Below are positions 34,792-38,274 of a stretch of 38,274 nt of DNA, one piece after another; positions within the stretch are counted from its first letter, which is position 1; each line of letters starts with the position of its first letter. The stretch is taken from positions 1 to 38,274 of the forward strand of contig CAZHSR010000003.1 of the NCBI GenBank assembly GCA_964535155.1, read 5' to 3'. Both the position numbers and the translations under genes were made by a program. The notes beneath the pieces are model-generated. The model saw nothing but the letters and a program-made list of their open reading frames with translations, was not told the origin of the DNA and made no database searches. Source of the DNA: an uncultured Candidatus Saccharibacteria bacterium (lineage in GTDB: Bacteria; Patescibacteriota; WWE3; UBA101185; UBA10185).

Positions 34792-35109
34792 ATGAAAGTA
34801 ATGCAGAAAAAAACAGTGTACAAAATACTTACACCGATATTCCTTCTTCTTACTTTGATAATTATAATTCAAAAAGTCAGCATTTATGGCTGTTGCACAT
34901 GTCCTCCAGAGGGATACCGATTTGGTTTTATATCATGGGCATTAATCATGAATAGGTATATAGCACCAAACATGCTCTGTAGTGACTGCAGAGAATTTGG
35001 ATGTGCTGTCAGTAATTTTATTATACCCATTGAGACAATAATCCTTTCTCTTGTTGGCACATATAAACTCCTAAGAAAAAAGAATGAAGGCCCCGAACAG
35101 CATGACTAA
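34792..35109 (+). CDS. Small Cys-rich membrane protein, unknown function
   Basis: MKVMQKKTVYKIL..., two TM segments and a CCTCPPEG...CSDCREFGC cysteine cluster. The start is uncertain (34759, 34792 or 34801). Confidence 0.35.
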   Translation: MKVMQKKTVYKILTPIFLLLTLIIIIQKVSIYGCCTCPPEGYRFGFISWALIMNRYIAPNMLCSDCREFGCAVSNFIIPIETIILSLVGTYKLLRKKNEGPEQHD

Positions 35110-35425
35110 CCTAGCTAAACTCTCCGATTATCAAGATTACATCCAAAAAACTGCGGAAGAACGAGGCTTTGACAAGCTCTCCGCGGAGCAGCGTTGCTTA
35201 ATGCTTGGCGAAGAAGTTGGAGAGTTATTTAAAGCTGTTAGAAAGGCAAAAGGGATAGTTGTAGATACTTCCACTGGGAAAATTGAGGAAGAACTTGCAG
35301 ATGTATTTTTGCAAACTTGTGCAGTGGCAAATTATTTTGAAATAGACTTGGAAAAAGCCTTTAAAGATAAGCAGGAAAACGACAAAGGAAGATGGCAAAA
35401 ACCAAAAGGGCCAAACCAAGCTTAA
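35084..35425 (+). CDS. MazG-like nucleotide pyrophosphohydrolase domain protein
   Basis: EEVGELFKAVRK ... EELADVF is the EExxE...ExxD pattern of all-alpha NTP-PPases. Confidence 0.7.
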   Translation: MKAPNSMTNLAKLSDYQDYIQKTAEERGFDKLSAEQRCLMLGEEVGELFKAVRKAKGIVVDTSTGKIEEELADVFLQTCAVANYFEIDLEKAFKDKQENDKGRWQKPKGPNQA

Positions 35426-35426
35426 A

Positions 35427-36623
35427 TTAGCCAAACATCAAAACTTCGGGCTTAAAAATCATTAGTAAACCAATTATTAACATTAAAACTCCTCCAATTA
35501 GGCGAGAAACTCTGGTATATTTTGTTGTAACTCCAGTCATTTCCAAGGTCTTCATGGAAACAAAAAACACAAATAGGTCATCTAGCATAAAGAAAAGAAT
35601 ATAAAGTAGGATGTAAGCATAATATTTCCACATGGGAAGCTGGTTTAAAGCTAAAATTTGGGTATAAATTGCGGGAAGCCCTGCCGAACAAATCAATTCC
35701 ACAAGGTTTACCATGAAAGCTAAAACCACAATTCCCGCTAATGCCAGCCAAAAATTATTTTCCGCAATAATTGCTTTTATTCTCTGAAAAATCTTCTGCT
35801 TTTGTTCCGCGTTTGTAACTTCACAACCCGCCTCTTTATTTGTAAAAAATTCTTTTAGACTGTATCCTCCACCGATGAGTGCCACAATTCCAATGAGAAC
35901 TCGGATCCAAAGGATAAAACCTAAAAATAAGATAAGCTGTAGCCAAGCCGCCATGAAAATAAAATAGACAAATGCCGAAGCCATTATAAAAGCTACACCC
36001 AAAGTCCATCTTCGTTTCTTATTTTCCATTCCTATGAGCATGCTTATTAAAAAGAGCAAAACCCACATGGCACAAGGGTTAAATCCATCTAGGAAGCCAA
36101 GCAAAATTGAAAGTGTCGGAAGGGACAACAAATCCAGGTCAACAGATCCTAAAATTGGGACATCTACTGTATGCTCTCCTGAAGAGATTTTTGGCTCCTT
36201 TTCATTGCTTTCTGAAGAAGCTTTTCCAAGACCTGCTAGTTCGAAAACCGAATCGGGACACGCCTCCAAAGTGCATTCTTCCACGCGAGTTTCAATTTTT
36301 TGTGGCGTTATTGTGGGAGAAAAACCCGAAAAAGTTTCATCTCCTATAATCAAGAAAGGCACTCCAGAAACATCAACTCCTAATTCCCGTCCAACTTTTT
36401 GCAACAACAAAGCATTCTTACGATTTTTATAAATTTCAAACTTGTGAATTTCTAAATCTTTATATTCTTCTTGAAGTTCCTTCAAAAAAGCTTCTTCCTG
36501 AGCACAATGAGGGCAACCTTCTCCCCAAAAGAAATAGGCATTAACGGTATTTTCTGCAAAGACAGGCCTTGTGGCAAGGGCGGAAACAATAAATATTGTT
36601 AAACCTAAAAGAAGTTTTCTCAT
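35427..36623 (-). CDS. Thioredoxin-fold (CPHC) domain fused to a CcdA/DsbD-type thiol-disulfide transporter membrane domain
   Basis: Signal peptide, WGEGCPHCAQE, then a 6-TM region with FNPCAMWVL and a second Cys context (ELICSAGLP). Confidence 0.7.
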   Translation of the reverse strand: MRKLLLGLTIFIVSALATRPVFAENTVNAYFFWGEGCPHCAQEEAFLKELQEEYKDLEIHKFEIYKNRKNALLLQKVGRELGVDVSGVPFLIIGDETFSGFSPTITPQKIETRVEECTLEACPDSVFELAGLGKASSESNEKEPKISSGEHTVDVPILGSVDLDLLSLPTLSILLGFLDGFNPCAMWVLLFLISMLIGMENKKRRWTLGVAFIMASAFVYFIFMAAWLQLILFLGFILWIRVLIGIVALIGGGYSLKEFFTNKEAGCEVTNAEQKQKIFQRIKAIIAENNFWLALAGIVVLAFMVNLVELICSAGLPAIYTQILALNQLPMWKYYAYILLYILFFMLDDLFVFFVSMKTLEMTGVTTKYTRVSRLIGGVLMLIIGLLMIFKPEVLMFG

Positions 36624-36626
36624 AAA

Positions 36627-36896
36627 TTATTTATCTTTGTTTTGCGCAATTACCTCCAACAACTTTTCTTTAGAAACCTCCCCTTTTAAACGCAAAAACT
36701 CGTTCTCATTTTTATCCAAAAAGACAAAAACTGGCAAAATCTCGTCAATTCCATATTTGGCAACAGCTCCCTTATCTGTATCAAAATCAAAATACTCCGT
36801 AATTAACATTGGATATTCTCTTTCTATTTCTTGCCATCTGGGACGCATAACTAAACAGCCAGCACACCAAACAGCTCCAAATTTTAAAACTTTCAT
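36627..36896 (-). CDS. Thioredoxin-family small protein
   Basis: 89 aa with the CxxC motif FGAVWCAGC. Confidence 0.75.
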   Translation of the reverse strand: MKVLKFGAVWCAGCLVMRPRWQEIEREYPMLITEYFDFDTDKGAVAKYGIDEILPVFVFLDKNENEFLRLKGEVSKEKLLEVIAQNKDK

Positions 36897-36917
36897 AATG
36901 TCCTCCTAAATTCAAGC

Positions 36918-37196
36918 TTAATTTTTTACTATTTTTATAGCCTTACCGTAAACTAAAGCATCTGCCACTTTTTCGTACGCAGAATATAAAATCCTCTGAT
37001 AAGTGCTTTGAGAAGTATGCATTTTTTCAGCTGCTACCTCTTGATCCATATCTTGCACATGGCGCAATCTGTACGCTTCCATTTCTTCCAAACTTAATTC
37101 TACCACTTCTAGCACAGACAAGGGCACTCCTTGAGGCTTGAAATAAGTAATATTAGGTTCAAAACGAACTTTTCTTTTTAATCTAGGTCTAGACAT
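36918..37196 (-). CDS. DUF134 (UPF0251) putative DNA-binding protein
   Basis: RKVRFEPNITYFKPQGVP...LSLEEMEAYRL...QEVAAEKMHTSQSTYQRIL is the typical DUF134 pattern. Confidence 0.75.
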   Translation of the reverse strand: MSRPRLKRKVRFEPNITYFKPQGVPLSVLEVVELSLEEMEAYRLRHVQDMDQEVAAEKMHTSQSTYQRILYSAYEKVADALVYGKAIKIVKN

Positions 37197-37230
37197 AATC
37201 GGCTTAATTACTTTATCCTCAATTACATTA

Positions 37231-37353
37231 TTAAGGAATTTTTCTTCTAACTGGCATTTTATAAGTTATATTTTTATTCTTTGGGCAATTTCCCAAATTT
37301 CTACCAGTTTTTGGGCCTTTTCCATTAGGACCGGTTCCATCAAATTTTGGCAT
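37231..37353 (-). CDS. DUF5320-like small protein (40 aa), missing from the track because it is below the 60-aa cutoff
   Basis: ATG at 37353, preceded by a strong SD (AAAGGGAGGTG). The translation is MPKFDGTGPNGKGPKTGRNLGNCPKNKNITYKMPVRRKIP with a TAA stop at 37233-37231. The N-terminal MPxxDGTGPxGxGPxTGRxxGxC signature matches DUF5320, which commonly sits next to DUF134. Confidence 0.6.
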   Translation of the reverse strand: MPKFDGTGPNGKGPKTGRNLGNCPKNKNITYKMPVRRKIP

Positions 37354-37443
37354 TTATAAACACCTCCCTTTTTTAAAATTGCTAATCTATGATATGAGTG
37401 TATACCCAAAACTATATAAAACCAAATTACTTAAATTTTAGGT

Positions 37444-37449
37444 TAGAAT
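37444..37449 (+). promoter_or_regulatory. -10 box TAGAAT, leaderless geometry
   Basis: TAGAAT-taattt-ATG(37456). Confidence 0.35.
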
Positions 37450-37455
37450 TAATTT

Positions 37456-38088
37456 ATGAGATTTAAAAAACAAGAAAAACATAATTTCCTTCTTCAAAAA
37501 ATTAATCCACTAATTAAGTTCTTAATCCTTTCCGATATTCTTATTGTAGGGGCTTTAGGAATGTTTTCCCCATTTTTAGTCCTTTTTGTGGAAAAATTTG
37601 TAGAAGGAGGGGATGAATTTGTTGTAGGTATAGCACTTTCAATCTACTTGGCTTCGAGAAGTTTATTACAAATTCCCGTAGCAACATTGATAGACAGAAT
37701 CAAAGGTGAAAAAGATGATTATGCTTTTCTAGTTATTTTCAGCTTTATTGCTGCTCTTTTAAACCTTTCTCTTCTTGCCATAACTCAAGTTTGGCAATTA
37801 TTTATATTTCAATTTTTTGTTGGACTTGCCACTGCAATAACTTACCCATCTTATATGGCAATTTTTACAAGGCATATTGATAAGAACATGGAAGGGACTG
37901 AATGGGGAGTTTATTACACTTTTACTGACCTTGGAGGGGCAGTTTTAGCAACAATAGGAGGATACATAGCAAAATCTTATGGCCTACCAAATTTAATTGT
38001 TTTATCAACAGTTTTATGTCTCTTAGGGGCTAGTTTTCTAATTCCAATAAGAAGGTATCTCAAGAAACAAAGTTTATTTCCTCTATAA
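37456..38088 (+). CDS. MFS-like transporter, half-size (6 TM)
   Basis: 210 aa with 6 hydrophobic segments. LIDRIKGEKD resembles the MFS loop 2-3 motif. It is half the length of a normal MFS. Confidence 0.5.
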   Translation: MRFKKQEKHNFLLQKINPLIKFLILSDILIVGALGMFSPFLVLFVEKFVEGGDEFVVGIALSIYLASRSLLQIPVATLIDRIKGEKDDYAFLVIFSFIAALLNLSLLAITQVWQLFIFQFFVGLATAITYPSYMAIFTRHIDKNMEGTEWGVYYTFTDLGGAVLATIGGYIAKSYGLPNLIVLSTVLCLLGASFLIPIRRYLKKQSLFPL

Positions 38089-38274
38089 AAAGATCCAAAG
38101 ACCTTTTACCATTAAACTCGTTTAACTTTATAGAATAAATTACATCTATATAATCGCCTAAGTTCAAGTTTTCAAATTTTTCTCTAGAATTAAAGAAAAT
38201 TCCCTTTTGATAGTTTGTTCCATCATAAAGCTTTAGGGAAGTATGAGTTTTTTCACGGCCAACAAAGTCTATAT
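38060..38274 (-). CDS. recJ: Single-stranded-DNA exonuclease RecJ, C-terminal 71 codons only; the gene enters from the right edge
   Basis: Absent from the track because it has no start in the window. The translation ...GDYIDVIYSIKLNEFNGKRSLDLFIEEINFVS matches the conserved RecJ C-terminal tail (E. coli ...LDINEFRGNRSLQL..., from memory). The TGA stop is at 38062-38060. It overlaps the MFS 3' end by 29 nt. Confidence 0.6.
   Translation of the reverse strand, partial: IDFVGREKTHTSLKLYDGTNYQKGIFFNSREKFENLNLGDYIDVIYSIKLNEFNGKRSLDLFIEEINFVS

Overview
AT-rich, very gene-dense bacterial chromosome segment. Gene content suggests a small-genome CPR/Patescibacteria-like organism: archaeal-type AspRS, a bacterial Elp3, many GT-C membrane glycosyltransferases, and promoters placed for leaderless mRNAs. 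This assignment is inference only. Layout: (i) 1-20.3 kb is one long minus-strand envelope glycosylation locus with three tandem ArnT/PMT-like GT-C paralogues, a UPF0104/MprF-TM-like protein, a MOP/Wzx flippase, a DUF2079-like membrane protein, three GT4 enzymes, UDP-glucose dehydrogenase, two polyprenyl-phosphate GT2 enzymes (one fused to GtrA) and a CAP-domain protein. It is interrupted at 5.3-8.3 kb by a divergent Trm9-like methyltransferase / Elp3 pair and a small acidic ORF. (ii) 20.3-30.1 kb holds housekeeping genes: HU, YmdB, RNase Y, RecX, RecA, GltX, an anchored hypothetical, an S11 DD-carboxypeptidase and AspRS. (iii) tRNA-Phe(GAA) at 30431-30506 is followed by a plus-strand islet of isochorismatase-family hydrolase, Nudix, membrane protein, DUF3800 and a small unknown. 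(iv) 33.7-38.3 kb holds a YggT-like protein, a pseudouridine synthase, a MazG-like protein, a DUF5320/DUF134/thioredoxin/Trx-CcdA operon, a half-size MFS and the RecJ C-terminus. Three coding regions are missing from the supplied track: the two edge-truncated genes and a 40-aa DUF5320 ORF. The main unexplained signal is a repeat family. Eleven copies of a 13-bp palindrome, AAGGATWATCCTT (9 perfect, 2 variants), sit in four clusters of 2-3 copies with a strict 63- or 65-bp period. One cluster lies in the Trm9-like/Elp3 divergent promoter region. Three are embedded in open reading frames (a GT-C enzyme, a GT4 enzyme, and the N-terminal anchor of the DD-carboxypeptidase) without breaking the frame. 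The spacers are degenerate but homologous between clusters. I cannot assign this to a known element class. It resembles coding-tolerant palindromic elements (Rickettsia RPE-like) and/or phased operator arrays. Secondary leads are a T-box-like helix-bulge-helix in the aspS leader and a recurrent TATAAT-N6-ATG leaderless promoter geometry.
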